This document shows, in pieces, positions 12,878-22,753 of a stretch of DNA of 64,000 nucleotides (its first letter is position 1; every line of letters begins with the position of its first letter). The stretch covers positions 21,758 to 85,757 of the forward strand of contig JAVKGA010000004.1 in assembly GCA_040223555.1 (NCBI GenBank), in the 5' to 3' direction. Made by a program: the position numbers and the translations under genes. The stretch is from Hyphomonas sp. GTDB taxonomy: Bacteria > Pseudomonadota > Alphaproteobacteria > Caulobacterales > Hyphomonadaceae. Below the pieces are notes generated by a model that was not told the origin of the DNA, searched no databases, and worked only from the letters and a program-made list of their open reading frames with translations.

Positions 12878-13150
12878 ATGACCCTTGACCCCTGGATGTT
12901 TGATCTCGTGCTGGCCGGTGTGGCGGCGGAGTTCATCGGGCTGGCCTACCTGCTCGCGCGCGCCGGGCAGCGGCCCTGGGCCTGGCCGCTCTTCTGGTTC
13001 CTGATCTCCGGCGCGCTGCTGATGTCGGCGGTGCACAGCGCGGTAGCGGACGTGCCGGATTTTGCGGTGGCGGGAATCCTGTTCGTCAGCCTTCTGACTC
13101 ATCTGGCGTGTCTCTGGAGCGCGTGGCGGCTCATCCGGGCGAAGCGATAG
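12878..13150 (+). CDS. Small membrane protein (about 3 TM), PGC-associated hypothetical
   Basis: 90 aa, strongly hydrophobic, GC3-rich codons, last gene of the bchG-bchP-tspO run. Confidence 0.75.
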   Translation: MTLDPWMFDLVLAGVAAEFIGLAYLLARAGQRPWAWPLFWFLISGALLMSAVHSAVADVPDFAVAGILFVSLLTHLACLWSAWRLIRAKR

Positions 13151-13225
13151 CGGCGGGCAGCAGGTCTGGCCGGTTGGGGATTGCATTGAGGGTCTTGAGG
13201 CTTGGAATTTTCCTGTCTGAACATG

Positions 13226-13341
13226 CGCGCAGTATAAATCCGCTGACGGAGGGGGCGGACAAGTTTTGACGGACTATTTCATAAGCGCTTGATCCAGCTG
13301 GGTATTATTTTTCTGGGGCGTGTGTTTTTGTAGGGATAAGT
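13226..13341. repeat. 116-bp imperfect direct repeat, copy 1
   Basis: Aligns without gaps to 13529-13644; 86/116 identical by hand count; ends CGCGCAGTATA ... GTAGGGATAAGT conserved exactly. Confidence 0.9.
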
Positions 13342-13528
13342 TTGGGCTTCTGCCCTTGCTCAACCTCCAAAAGCTGCTTCATCCGTATGCGATCCGTGCA
13401 CTTTGAAGTGCGAGTTCTTCTCATTCCTTTCTCATTGATTCTCATTTTTTATCGCTCCGTATCGATTGGTTATCGCCTCCGCGCAGGAAAGTGATGGTAG
13501 GACCGGAGGGCGCGCATCGGGATCAGGA

Positions 13529-13644
13529 CGCGCAGTATACCTCCGCGCACGGAGGGGTCGGTTAAGAATTGGCCAACTATTTTGCAAGCGCCTGATCCGG
13601 CTTGGTTTTATTTTTTCCGAAGGGCGTTTTTCGTAGGGATAAGT
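13529..13644. repeat. 116-bp imperfect direct repeat, copy 2
   Basis: See copy 1; offset 303 bp. Confidence 0.9.
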
Positions 13645-13670
13645 GGCTCTGTTCCGCCCTCTCCCACCAT

Positions 13671-13780
13671 AAAAATGGCCGGGCCCGGGGAAACCGGATC
13701 CGGCCTTGCAAGCTGGGAGGCGCCAGCTCAGTTGGTCCGTGCAGCGGGCAGGTGGTTTGCCACCTGCCCTCAGCGCTGCA
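13671..13780 (-). terminator. puf operon 3' stem-loops and intrinsic terminator
   Basis: GGGCAGGTGG-CAAA-CCACCTGCCC hairpin just after the pufM stop, followed by GGCCGGATCCGG...CCGGGCCCGGCC and ATTTTT on the minus strand. Confidence 0.75.
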
Positions 13781-14704
13781 TCAGTAACGGGCGAAGCCGT
13801 TATCCGCGCCCCAGAGGAACCAGTTGTCCACGACCGTACCGGTCAGGAGGACACCGATGCCGCCGGTGATCGGGCAGAGGATGGCGAACCACCAGGCCCA
13901 GCGGTGGATGGATTCCATCGAGGCATTGAAGCCCATCGTCCAACGCCAGAAGAGAGCGGCGCGTTCGGAGGCCGTGCCCCGGTCCGTGATCTGCTCGATC
14001 TCGCGCTCGCCGCCATAGCGGCCGACCGCAAGGATCGTCGCGCCATGCATGGCGAACAGGAGGGCCGACCCGTAGAGGAAGGCAATCGAGAGCATGTGGA
14101 AGGGGTTGTAGAAGAAGTTGCCATAGACGAGCGAGAGATTGTTCGTCCAGTCGAGGTGGGTGAAGATGCCGAAGGGCACGGCCTCGTTCCAGCTGCCCAT
14201 CATCACGGGACGGATGAAACCGAGCACGAGGTAGAGCCAGATGGCGGCGGCGAAGGCCCAGCAGACATGCGTGCCCAGACCGAGCTGGATGGCCCGGCGA
14301 TAGGAGCGCACCCACCAGAGCAGGATGGCCGCAGTCAGGAAGAAGCCCGCCATCAGCCACCAGCCGCCTTCATGCAGGGGCATGAAGAGTTTGAGGCCAT
14401 GTTCCGGCAGCGGCGCATCCAGCGACAGCCAGGGCAACTGGCCGAAGAACTTGATGGGATCCCAGCCGACACTGGCCCACATGTTGAGACCGATGATCTC
14501 GATCGCGATGAAGCCGCAGATCAGCGAGGCGACGCCCGACCAGCCGAGATAGACGGGCCCGAGCTGGGCGTCGCCGATGCGGCCGAAGAGGTGGCTGGTG
14601 GAGGTCAGCTTGAGGCGGTCTTCGTCGCCCTCCCCCTGCACCACGCCGTAATCGACGTGGCCGCGGACCTGAACCTGGGTGAAGATATTCTGATAGTCAG
14701 CCAT
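13781..14704 (-). CDS. pufM: Photosynthetic reaction centre subunit M
   Basis: [65 protein letters not shown]; short C-terminus. Confidence 0.99.
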   Translation of the reverse strand: MADYQNIFTQVQVRGHVDYGVVQGEGDEDRLKLTSTSHLFGRIGDAQLGPVYLGWSGVASLICGFIAIEIIGLNMWASVGWDPIKFFGQLPWLSLDAPLPEHGLKLFMPLHEGGWWLMAGFFLTAAILLWWVRSYRRAIQLGLGTHVCWAFAAAIWLYLVLGFIRPVMMGSWNEAVPFGIFTHLDWTNNLSLVYGNFFYNPFHMLSIAFLYGSALLFAMHGATILAVGRYGGEREIEQITDRGTASERAALFWRWTMGFNASMESIHRWAWWFAILCPITGGIGVLLTGTVVDNWFLWGADNGFARY

Positions 14705-14716
14705 GTTCCGGTCCTC

Positions 14717-15544
14717 CTACACGCGCCAGATAGCGAGGTTTTTCCAGCCATCCCACCAATCGATCCACGAGCCTTCATAGAGCGGGCCGGAGATGACGAT
14801 GCAGATGGCGCTCCAGATCCCGGCCGAGAGGGCGAGGAAGAGGCCGAGCCGGTGGATGCCGAGCGTGCCGATGGAATAGCCGATGAAATCGCGGAAGAAG
14901 GCGTTCTCGTGTTCCGGCGTCTTGACCGTCTTGCCGCGTCCGGGATTGACCGCGGAGAGGACAAGGCCGCCATGCATGGCGAGCGCGAGACACGTTGTGA
15001 AGAAGAACGTGATCGCGACCATGTGGGCGGGGTTATAGTGGAAGTTGCCATACGAGTAGCCGACATTCGATACCCAATCGAGATGGCTCATGATCCCATA
15101 CGGGAAACCATGACCCCAGGCGCCCATCAGGAAGGGGCGGATGACGACGAGGGTGACGTAGGCCAGGATGGCGACACCGAAGGCGATGGGCACATGCAGG
15201 CCCATGCCGAGCTTGCGCGCGATTTCGACTTCCCGGAGGGCCCAGGAGCCGAAGGCGCCGATCGCGCAGATCGTGACCAGTTGCCAGATGCCCCCTTCCG
15301 CCATCGGCGCGAACTGGAGGCCGTATTCGAGGGGCGGCGGATCAATGCTGATCAGCCAGGGATTCCATGTTCCTTCCATCGACGCGCCGAGGAAGATCAG
15401 CGCCGTGCCGAGGAAGGCACAGAAGAGGGCCGTTACGCCGAAGAAGCCGACATAGAACGGGCCAATCCAGAAATCGAACAGGTCACCGCCAACCAGCGTC
15501 CCACCTCGAATCCTGTATTTTCTTTCAAAGTTGAGTAGCGCCAT
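14717..15544 (-). CDS. pufL: Photosynthetic reaction centre subunit L
   Basis: [48 protein letters not shown]. Confidence 0.99.
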   Translation of the reverse strand: MALLNFERKYRIRGGTLVGGDLFDFWIGPFYVGFFGVTALFCAFLGTALIFLGASMEGTWNPWLISIDPPPLEYGLQFAPMAEGGIWQLVTICAIGAFGSWALREVEIARKLGMGLHVPIAFGVAILAYVTLVVIRPFLMGAWGHGFPYGIMSHLDWVSNVGYSYGNFHYNPAHMVAITFFFTTCLALAMHGGLVLSAVNPGRGKTVKTPEHENAFFRDFIGYSIGTLGIHRLGLFLALSAGIWSAICIVISGPLYEGSWIDWWDGWKNLAIWRV

Positions 15545-15621
15545 CGCCGGGGCTCCTTCGTTTGGCGCGCGTCCGGGACATCCGGTATCAGCGCGCCGCT
15601 AAATCCTTCATGCGTGAAGCA

Positions 15622-15652
15622 GGTGGCGGACAGGTCTGGCCTGTCCGCCACC
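15622..15652 (-). other. pufA-pufL intercistronic stem-loop (pufBA mRNA stabiliser)
   Basis: GGTGGCGGACAGG-5 nt-CCTGTCCGCCACC, a perfect 13-bp stem at the position known from Rhodobacter puf operons. Confidence 0.8.
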
Positions 15653-15662
15653 CACGATTGGG

Positions 15663-15842
15663 TCAGGCACTCTGGACCGTATCAACCGTCAGCTCCGCAA
15701 CAGCCGTCGGCGTGGTGCCGAGCCAGTTGAAGCGGGGTGAGCTGAGCAGGATGAAATGGATCAGCAGTGCAAGCACGAACAGGAAGACCGAGAGGGCTAC
15801 CAGTACGCGCCGGGGATCAAAGAGAAGCCAAAGTCTCCACAT
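15663..15842 (-). CDS. pufA: LH1 alpha polypeptide (59 aa, below the ORF-track cutoff)
   Basis: Translated by hand: [59 protein letters not shown]; GAGGAG RBS. Confidence 0.97.
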   Translation of the reverse strand: MWRLWLLFDPRRVLVALSVFLFVLALLIHFILLSSPRFNWLGTTPTAVAELTVDTVQSA

Positions 15843-15856
15843 GGGTCAGTTCTCCT

Positions 15857-16087
15857 CTATGCTTTCCAGCTCACGAGTGCGCTCGCGAGTTTCAGTCCGT
15901 CCTCGATCATTGCGTAGCCGCCTGGTCCTGGGATCCAGGGCCGCCACGACCAGACGAGGAAGTGGGCGCCGATAGCGATCAGCGTGAAGATTATGAAGCT
16001 TGCCACAAAGATTTTGTGGAACTCCTGGGCTTCAGACGCTGTCAAACCTGTCAGCGACCCGGTCCTTTCAGTTGTATTTTCGGCCAT
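15857..16087 (-). CDS. pufB: LH1 beta polypeptide
   Basis: [17 protein letters not shown]...[11 protein letters not shown]. Confidence 0.97.
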   Translation of the reverse strand: MAENTTERTGSLTGLTASEAQEFHKIFVASFIIFTLIAIGAHFLVWSWRPWIPGPGGYAMIEDGLKLASALVSWKA

Positions 16088-16210
16088 TCACTTTTCTCCG
16101 TTCATGGGCCTAGGTCAGTGACCGCAACAGCGCCCTGCTGCGATCTGTTTGACGATACGGTTACCCGCAGCGCCAAAGCGTACTTCCGCTTACTGATGAT
16201 ATTTCCACAA

Positions 16211-16432
16211 TCATCTGTACACGAAAAACCAGGGAACGACGTTCCGGGTCTGGTCAGCCGCTTCGGCGAATGCGGACGGACGAACCCGCGCACTCGAACC
16301 AAACCGCGGCACAATCCGCCCCAGCAACGCTACAACGAGGAAGACCGGGTAAATAAGCGCTTGGTATGCGACCATCGACTGTTGGTCGCGCTCGCGCATC
16401 TTCTCAAACGCTTCATACTTCAGCAGTGCCAT
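16211..16432 (-). CDS. pufQ: PufQ-like small membrane regulator
   Basis: 73 aa, one TM segment, C-terminal SAFAEAADQTRNVVPWFF resembling the PufQ tail; between bchZ and pufB; AGGAGG RBS. Confidence 0.7.
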   Translation of the reverse strand: MALLKYEAFEKMRERDQQSMVAYQALIYPVFLVVALLGRIVPRFGSSARVRPSAFAEAADQTRNVVPWFFVYR

Positions 16433-16482
16433 CGCTTCCTCCTTCAGTTTCGTTTCTCCCGGAACGCCCTCACCTTGAAAGG

Positions 16483-17940
16483 TCAGGCGGCCCGGTAGCC
16501 TTCCAGTTCAGTCCGGCTCTTACGGACCGTTTCTATTGTCACACGTCCCGACCCTTCCCTGACTGCAAGCGCTTCGGCGTGATCACGCAGACGCTTGGCG
16601 GCAGAGATCCGTGTCAGGACGGAATGTGTGGAGATGTAGGTTTCGAGTTCGTCATTCGCCGCTTCGTCCCAAGTGACCTGGACCGTGCCGCGGGCGAGGG
16701 TCGCCTCTGCTTTGTCCATCGTGGTGGCGAGTGGCAGGATATGGAACAATGCATCAAACAGGGCATTGCAGTATTCCTGCACGACATACGTGGCGCCAGA
16801 GTAGCCCATGAAGGGCGTACCCGTATGGCGGCGGATGATCGCCCCGGGGAAAGACGCGGGCACCCAGACGGACCGCGCACCTGCTTCCTGCAGATACATG
16901 CGCTCATTGAAGCTGCCGAACACGACAAACGGTGCGTTATCATGGATCATCGCCCGCACGGCGTCGTTGTCGGTCTTCTTGCCGGCAACCCGGGTCACCG
17001 CGAAGTTGCAGGGAATGCCGAGATCGTTTTCGAGGAAATTGCTCAGGCCGCGGGCATGCGTTTCATTGGCGACGATGCCGAAGCTGGCGGTTGCGAAGAA
17101 GTCCTGTGTCACCGAGCGCCAGAGATCCCAGAGGGGCTTCAGCGTCGAGTGCTTTTCAGCTTCGATGAAGGGTTCCGGATCAAGCCCGGTCAGTTCGCCC
17201 AGCGCGCGCAGGAACTTCGTTGTCGATTGCAGGCCGATGGGCGCCTGGAGATAAGGCTGGCCCAGCGCTTCACAGAGGTTGCGGCCATACTCCCGGTACA
17301 TGCAGATATTGACGTCGGCATCAATCAGCCTGCGAACTTCCGAAACATGGCTGCCCAGCGGGAATGTCAGATTGATTTCAGCGCCGATGCCTTCGACAAG
17401 GCGGCGGATCTCCGCCAGGTCGGAGGGCATGTTGAACATGCCGTAGGCCGGCCCGAGGATATTGACCTTTGGTTTCGCACCTTCGACCTTTTTCGCTGGT
17501 TTCGGATTGCGTCCTTTGGTTTGCGCATACTCCGTCCACAGCCAAAGCATGGCCCGGTCAGCGGTCTGCCACTGGTCTTCGTCAATCGTGCGCGGGAGGA
17601 AACGCTGGATGTTCGAGCCTTCAGGGGTCACACCGCCGCCGATCATTTCTGCGATCGAACCGGTGACGACGACGGCGGGCAGCTCCGGATCCAGCACTGC
17701 GCGGGCGCGTTTCATCGCAGCCTCGGTTCCATGCTGGCCCAGTTCTTCCTCGCCGAGACCTGTAACTACGATGGGCAGTTCATGCGGCGGCAGCGCGTCG
17801 GTGTAATGAAGCACTGACGTGACCGGGAGGTTTTCGCAACCGACAGGACCGTCGATGACGACCTGCAGGCCCTTTATGGCCGTGAAGACGTAAACGGCGC
17901 CCCAATAGCCCCCTGCCCGGTCATGATCCTGGATCAGCAT
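16483..17940 (-). CDS. bchZ: Chlorophyllide reductase subunit Z
   Basis: [36 protein letters not shown]. Confidence 0.97.
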   Translation of the reverse strand: MLIQDHDRAGGYWGAVYVFTAIKGLQVVIDGPVGCENLPVTSVLHYTDALPPHELPIVVTGLGEEELGQHGTEAAMKRARAVLDPELPAVVVTGSIAEMIGGGVTPEGSNIQRFLPRTIDEDQWQTADRAMLWLWTEYAQTKGRNPKPAKKVEGAKPKVNILGPAYGMFNMPSDLAEIRRLVEGIGAEINLTFPLGSHVSEVRRLIDADVNICMYREYGRNLCEALGQPYLQAPIGLQSTTKFLRALGELTGLDPEPFIEAEKHSTLKPLWDLWRSVTQDFFATASFGIVANETHARGLSNFLENDLGIPCNFAVTRVAGKKTDNDAVRAMIHDNAPFVVFGSFNERMYLQEAGARSVWVPASFPGAIIRRHTGTPFMGYSGATYVVQEYCNALFDALFHILPLATTMDKAEATLARGTVQVTWDEAANDELETYISTHSVLTRISAAKRLRDHAEALAVREGSGRVTIETVRKSRTELEGYRAA

Positions 17941-19517
17941 CCTGTGGGTGCCTCCAGGTTGGCGGCTTGCTTCGCCTTGGCGGCGAGTTTGCGGCGCTGA
18001 TGTTCGCGGAACTCTGTCTTGATGGACGGCTGGCCTTCCCACACGCCGGCGGTATCTCCGGAACCGACGCCTTCGAAGAAAGACTTCATGGCGCCAAAAC
18101 GGTCTTTGCCGGCGATGGCAGCGGTGATCACGTCTGCAAGCGATCCTGCGCCGGCCGGCCCCATGAGCGGGCGGGCCGAGATCAGGTTCGTGAAATAGAG
18201 GCCCGGTGTTGCGATCTCTTTCGCGGCCTGCACGACCGGTGTGGTACCGATCGCCAGGTCCGGTTTGAATTCATGCATCGCTGCGAGGTCCTGCTCCAGT
18301 GATGCGCGGAACTGGACGTGGACACCCTTGGATTCGAGCCATTCACGGTCGGGATCCGACCAGCGGGTGCGCGGCAGGGCGGTGCCGACATAGCGCAGGT
18401 CTGCCCCGCTTTCGACGAGCAGGCGAGCGACGAGAAGTTCGGAGCCTTCATAGCCGGACAGAGTGATCCGTCCCCGGATGGGTTTCGAAGCGAGCGCCCC
18501 GGCAATGGCGCCGGCGAACATGTTGCGGGCGGCGTCGATTTTGGCAGCGGGCACGTTGGCGGCGTCGCCGATGGCTTTCAACCATGCGTCGGTGCCGTCG
18601 AGGCCCACGGGAGCGGAGCCGACAATCGGGCGGCCGGCGGCTTCGAACTCGCGGATCGAGGCGGTGTAGAAGGGGTGGACAGCGGCCACGACGGCGCCGT
18701 CGAGCGCTGTGTAGAGTTCGCGCCATTCACGTGTCGGAACCACTGCGCCGGCGGCGAGACCGAGCGGCTCGAGCATGCGGCCAATGATGACCGGATCGGC
18801 TGGGAACATTTCCCCGAGCAGGGTGACTTTGGGCAGGTGCGCCGTATCGTTCGCTGCGCGCGGCACTGGGCCGGACAAGGCCTCCTTGCGGGCATAGGCG
18901 AGCATCGCGCCTGCGAGGACGTCTTTCGCCTCGGCATGCGTCGGGATGCCAAATCCCGGCACGTCGATCCCGATGATCCGCACACCGTTGATCTCGTCGG
19001 GCAGCAGACGGAGCGGCACGCCGGAAGCGGTGGGCACACAGAGATTGGTGATGACGATCGTGTCGTAGAGCGCTGGATCGGCCGTCTTCTCGACCGCTTC
19101 CTTGATGTCTTCGAAGAGCTTGCCGGTCACCAGGGTTTCGGAATTGAACGGCACATAACCGACCGAGCGCTTGGCGCCGTAGAAGTGGGACGTGAAGGTC
19201 AGGCCATAGACGCAGCAGGCCGAACCCGAGAGGATCGTCGCGGTGCGGCGCATGCGCAGGCCGACCCGAAGCGAGCCGAAGGCGGGGCACATGCTCTGCG
19301 GCTGATCGTGCGGGCCTTGCGGATAATCCTTCGCGTACTGATCAAGGACTTCGCTCTTGCCGGCTGCTTTTGCCGCTTTCAGCATTTCTTCCTTGCCGCC
19401 ATGGCAGCCGGAGGCTTCCGCCACGGGCGCGTCCGCGGCTTTGAGCTTTGTCGTCGGAACCACGACCGGCGCCGCCGGGCGTTCGCGATGCTCAAGGAGG
19501 GTCCGCTTGGAGGCCAT
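17934..19517 (-). CDS. bchY: Chlorophyllide reductase subunit Y
   Basis: [38 protein letters not shown]. Confidence 0.97.
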   Translation of the reverse strand: MASKRTLLEHRERPAAPVVVPTTKLKAADAPVAEASGCHGGKEEMLKAAKAAGKSEVLDQYAKDYPQGPHDQPQSMCPAFGSLRVGLRMRRTATILSGSACCVYGLTFTSHFYGAKRSVGYVPFNSETLVTGKLFEDIKEAVEKTADPALYDTIVITNLCVPTASGVPLRLLPDEINGVRIIGIDVPGFGIPTHAEAKDVLAGAMLAYARKEALSGPVPRAANDTAHLPKVTLLGEMFPADPVIIGRMLEPLGLAAGAVVPTREWRELYTALDGAVVAAVHPFYTASIREFEAAGRPIVGSAPVGLDGTDAWLKAIGDAANVPAAKIDAARNMFAGAIAGALASKPIRGRITLSGYEGSELLVARLLVESGADLRYVGTALPRTRWSDPDREWLESKGVHVQFRASLEQDLAAMHEFKPDLAIGTTPVVQAAKEIATPGLYFTNLISARPLMGPAGAGSLADVITAAIAGKDRFGAMKSFFEGVGSGDTAGVWEGQPSIKTEFREHQRRKLAAKAKQAANLEAPTGC

Positions 19518-19523
19518 TACGGA

Positions 19524-20540
19524 TCAGATTTCCTCGTAAATCACTTCAAGGGTGCGCTTCTCGGCCTCGGCGATGCCGCACATGTCGGCAACGGTGGCGG
19601 GCTCAAGAACAATGTCGCCGCCGGTGTCCTTCGAGGAGAAGAGGCCGAGGAGACCGTCAGACGTCAGAGGATTTGGACGGTTCGGCACCGAGCCGTGGAT
19701 ATTGGCGGCGAGTTCCGAGAAGAGCGCGCCCCATTCGGAAGCTTCGGTGCCGACGATCTGGTAGTTCGCCGACTTGCGGCGGATGTCATCGTTCGCGGGG
19801 ATCGTGGCGAGGACAGGGATGCCGACGGCGTTTGCGAAAGCAGCCGCCTCGCCGGTGCCGTCATCGCGGTTGATGACCATGCCGGCAACGCCGACATTGC
19901 CGCCCATCTTGCGGAAATACTCGACCGCCGAGCAGACATTGTTGGCGACATAGAGCGATTGCAGGTCATTCGAGCCGACGACGATCACCTTCTGGCACAT
20001 GTCGCGGGCAATCGGCAGGCCGAAGCCGCCACAGACCACGTCGCCCAGGAAGTCGAGCAGCACATAGTCGAAATCCCATTCATGGAAGCCGAGCTTCTCG
20101 AGCAGTTCGAAGCCGTGAATGATGCCGCGTCCGCCGCAGCCGCGACCAACTTCCGGGCCACCGAGTTCCATGGCGAAGACGCCGTAGCGCTTGAAGCAGA
20201 CATCGCCGATGGCGACTTCCTCGCCGGCGAGTTTCTTCTTGGACGAGGTCTCGATGATCGTCGGGCAGGCCTTGCCGCCGAAGAGTAGCGAGGTCGTGTC
20301 GGATTTCGGATCGCAGCCGATCAGCAGGACTTTCTTGCCCTGCTCCGCCATCATGCAGCTGAGATTGGCGAGCGTGAAGCTCTTGCCGATGCCGCCCTTG
20401 CCATAGATGGCGATGATCTGGGTGTCTTTCTTGACCGGACCGGTCGCCACCGGATCGGGCTCGACCGAAGCTTCATCGCGCAGGGCATCTGCATACTCAT
20501 CGCGGGCGTTGCGGGGCGTCAGGCGAATTTGGTCAGACAT
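19524..20540 (-). CDS. bchX: Chlorophyllide reductase iron protein X
   Basis: YGKGGIGKS P-loop, GPEVGRGCGGRG, DFLGDVVCGGF. Confidence 0.97.
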   Translation of the reverse strand: MSDQIRLTPRNARDEYADALRDEASVEPDPVATGPVKKDTQIIAIYGKGGIGKSFTLANLSCMMAEQGKKVLLIGCDPKSDTTSLLFGGKACPTIIETSSKKKLAGEEVAIGDVCFKRYGVFAMELGGPEVGRGCGGRGIIHGFELLEKLGFHEWDFDYVLLDFLGDVVCGGFGLPIARDMCQKVIVVGSNDLQSLYVANNVCSAVEYFRKMGGNVGVAGMVINRDDGTGEAAAFANAVGIPVLATIPANDDIRRKSANYQIVGTEASEWGALFSELAANIHGSVPNRPNPLTSDGLLGLFSSKDTGGDIVLEPATVADMCGIAEAEKRTLEVIYEEI

Positions 20541-21549
20541 CAGAGGAACCCCAATCAAGGATCATTTTCAGGCAGGACGGATCGCTAAACGCGGTCGCGT
20601 AGGCCTTCGCAGCCGCGGCTGCAGGAGAGACATGCGTAATGAGTGCCGACAGCGAGAGTCTGCCCTCGCCCGTCAGGGCAATGACAGCTTCGAGGTCGGA
20701 CGGACGCCATTCGGCGGCGACGCGCAGGCGCATTTCCTTGCGAAATGCCAGCGGAAAACCGAACGACGGGCGGACCGAATAGAAACCCGCGAGGCAAAGC
20801 TCCGCGCCATGCACGGCGTGGGGCAGAACCTTATCGATGATGTCGGAATCGCCGCTCATGTCGCAGATCGACGCGTAGTCCCTGCGCGTATCCTGATCGG
20901 GCGCGATGACGGCGTAATCCGCATTCGAGCGCCGCGCGGCGTCGAGTTCCCAGACAACGGGATTGCCACCAAGCGATTTGACGAGGCGCGCCGTGAGTTG
21001 TCCGAGCACACCGTGGCCGATAATCAGGTCAGGCAAGCGGCCGCCGGCAACGGCGTGATAGGCGGTTGCGGCGAGTGCAAGAAGGATCCCCTCCTGCGGT
21101 GTTTCAAGATCAAGCCGATGCGCCTTTGCAGACGGCACCACGAGACGTGACGCCGAGGCGCCGAACAGACCATGCGCGCCCTCGAAGCAACGCGCGCCAG
21201 GAACGAAAACAAGTTCGCCTTCTCGATCAGGCGCACTTTCGGACTGCACGATCCGGCCCACTGCTTCGTAACCCGGCACCAGCGGATAACCCATGCCTGG
21301 GAACGACGGCATCTCGCCGGACCACATCAGGCGCTCGGTCCCCGTGCTGACACCGGACCAGTAAACATCGACCACAACTTCATCCGCCTGCGGAGCAACA
21401 AGCGACAGGGTGCGAAGGGTGGCGGTTCGCTGTCCATCGAACGTGACGGCGGAGGCGATCAAGTTCAAGCCGGCGCGCGCTGCGGAGCGCCAGACCGGCG
21501 CGGGCAAAGCGGGTTTTGCACCCTGCGACTCGATGACGCCCGTTTTCAT
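20533..21549 (-). CDS. bchC: 3-hydroxyethyl bacteriochlorophyllide dehydrogenase
   Basis: SGVSTGTERLMWSGEMP, YPLVPGYEAVG, LLALAATAYHA, CLKMILDW. Confidence 0.95.
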   Translation of the reverse strand: MKTGVIESQGAKPALPAPVWRSAARAGLNLIASAVTFDGQRTATLRTLSLVAPQADEVVVDVYWSGVSTGTERLMWSGEMPSFPGMGYPLVPGYEAVGRIVQSESAPDREGELVFVPGARCFEGAHGLFGASASRLVVPSAKAHRLDLETPQEGILLALAATAYHAVAGGRLPDLIIGHGVLGQLTARLVKSLGGNPVVWELDAARRSNADYAVIAPDQDTRRDYASICDMSGDSDIIDKVLPHAVHGAELCLAGFYSVRPSFGFPLAFRKEMRLRVAAEWRPSDLEAVIALTGEGRLSLSALITHVSPAAAAAKAYATAFSDPSCLKMILDWGSSDV

Positions 21550-21552
21550 ACT

Positions 21553-21596
21553 TGTCACTTTAGTTTGACAGTTCTGAGTGTCAATCTGGATTTACG
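21553..21596 (-). promoter_or_regulatory. PpsR site pair (8-bp spacing) over the bchC promoter
   Basis: TGTCACTTTAGTTTGACA (perfect TGT-N12-ACA) and TGTCAATCTGGATTTACG; minus-strand TTGACA-N16-TAAAGT. Same geometry as the Rhodobacter bchC promoter. Confidence 0.9.
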
Positions 21597-21631
21597 GATT
21601 TTGCTCGAAAATCGGGCATGGTCACAAGGCG

Positions 21632-22723
21632 TCAACGGGCGATGACGACGCTGACCAATAGCGGCTGATGGGTCTGGAGCTGGCGAACTTCGGAAAATTC
21701 CGCTTTCAGGAGCAGATTCTTGATTTCCTCGGGCCGGCGCGGCGCCCCGCGGCCCATGGCCCAGAGATAGAAGCCGAAATAGGCATCCGCCATTGCCTCG
21801 GCGCCGCGCAGACCTGCCATCGGCTCGGCAATCAGCAGCCGGCCGCCCGGCGCAAGTGCCGTTCGGGCAGACCTGAGCAGGTTGAGAACCGGACCGTCGT
21901 CATGGTCATGGACCACCCGCACCAAGGTGATCAGATCGGCCCCTTCCGGGAGCGGCTCACTCAACATGTCGCGCGGTTCAATGCGGAAGCGGTGCCCAAG
22001 CGGACTGGCTGCAAGCCTTTTTTCGGCGAGCGGGGTGACGGCGGCAAGGTCGACGAGGACCAGTTTCAGTTCAGGATGCGCATCTCCGACCGCCGACAGG
22101 AATGCGCCCAGTCCGCCGCCCACGTCCATGACGGTATGATGGCGGCTGAAGTCATACGCCTCGAGAACGGATTTCGCGACAAGTGCCTGGGTTTCCGCCA
22201 TCAGGCCGGAATAGGCTGCCGCGTCGTCCGGACGGGCAGAAGGCCCATAGATCCAGAATTTCGACACTTCTGTATCCGCGCGCCGGCCGCGCAAGAGCTG
22301 CAGGGGATCCTCGATATCCCGGTAGAATGCACGGTGGTGGCGGATCATTGCAAATACGGACGGATTGCCGAGCAGCGCCGCCCCGGTTTCGCCCAGCGCA
22401 AACCGGCCGTCCGTACGCTGACGAAGGAGGCCGAGTGCCGCTGCGGCGCGCATCAAGCGCATCGCTCCCTCCGGTGGGAGTCCGGCGTGGCTTGCAAAGC
22501 TTGCCGGATCAATCGGGCCGTCGCGCGCCTGTTCGATAAGCCCGCTTTCAACACTTGCGGCGAGGACCTGCGAATAGACGAAGCCGGCAACGAGATCGAA
22601 TGTTGTCTTCGCCTTTCTTTGCGCAATCGCGCGCGTGAACGGGTTGCGAACCGCCCATGCCTGGAACGTTGGATTGGCAATAAGATGATTGCGCCAGTCG
22701 GCGAACTTGTCAGAGAGGCTCAT
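21632..22723 (-). CDS. crtF: Hydroxyneurosporene/demethylspheroidene O-methyltransferase
   Basis: FDLVAGFVYSQVL, MDVGGGLG SAM motif, LVRVVHDHDD, DAYFGFYLWAMGRG. Confidence 0.95.
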   Translation of the reverse strand: MSLSDKFADWRNHLIANPTFQAWAVRNPFTRAIAQRKAKTTFDLVAGFVYSQVLAASVESGLIEQARDGPIDPASFASHAGLPPEGAMRLMRAAAALGLLRQRTDGRFALGETGAALLGNPSVFAMIRHHRAFYRDIEDPLQLLRGRRADTEVSKFWIYGPSARPDDAAAYSGLMAETQALVAKSVLEAYDFSRHHTVMDVGGGLGAFLSAVGDAHPELKLVLVDLAAVTPLAEKRLAASPLGHRFRIEPRDMLSEPLPEGADLITLVRVVHDHDDGPVLNLLRSARTALAPGGRLLIAEPMAGLRGAEAMADAYFGFYLWAMGRGAPRRPEEIKNLLLKAEFSEVRQLQTHQPLLVSVVIAR

Positions 22724-22753
22724 GACACAGCCCTCCCTGCGTTCCGGCGCAGC

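Noticed and set aside
13305-13445. 46-aa minus-strand ORF MRINEKGMRRTRTSKC... between the two repeats
   Set aside because: It has a GGAG upstream, but AT-rich codon usage, a start built from micro-repeats and a run-on into repeat copy 1 leave it unsupported without Ribo-seq.
13226-13644. Repeat pair as a CRISPR array or IS ends
   Set aside because: Only two long, diverged direct copies; no cas genes, no transposase and no terminal inverted repeats.
14560-14920. PufL Asn at L213 instead of Asp
   Set aside because: Compensated by Asp at M44 (GDAQLG), a known natural pairing.
16088-16210. Possible pufK-like leader ORF
   Set aside because: Only short ORFs without an RBS; the region is better explained by a 5' hairpin (16120-16145).
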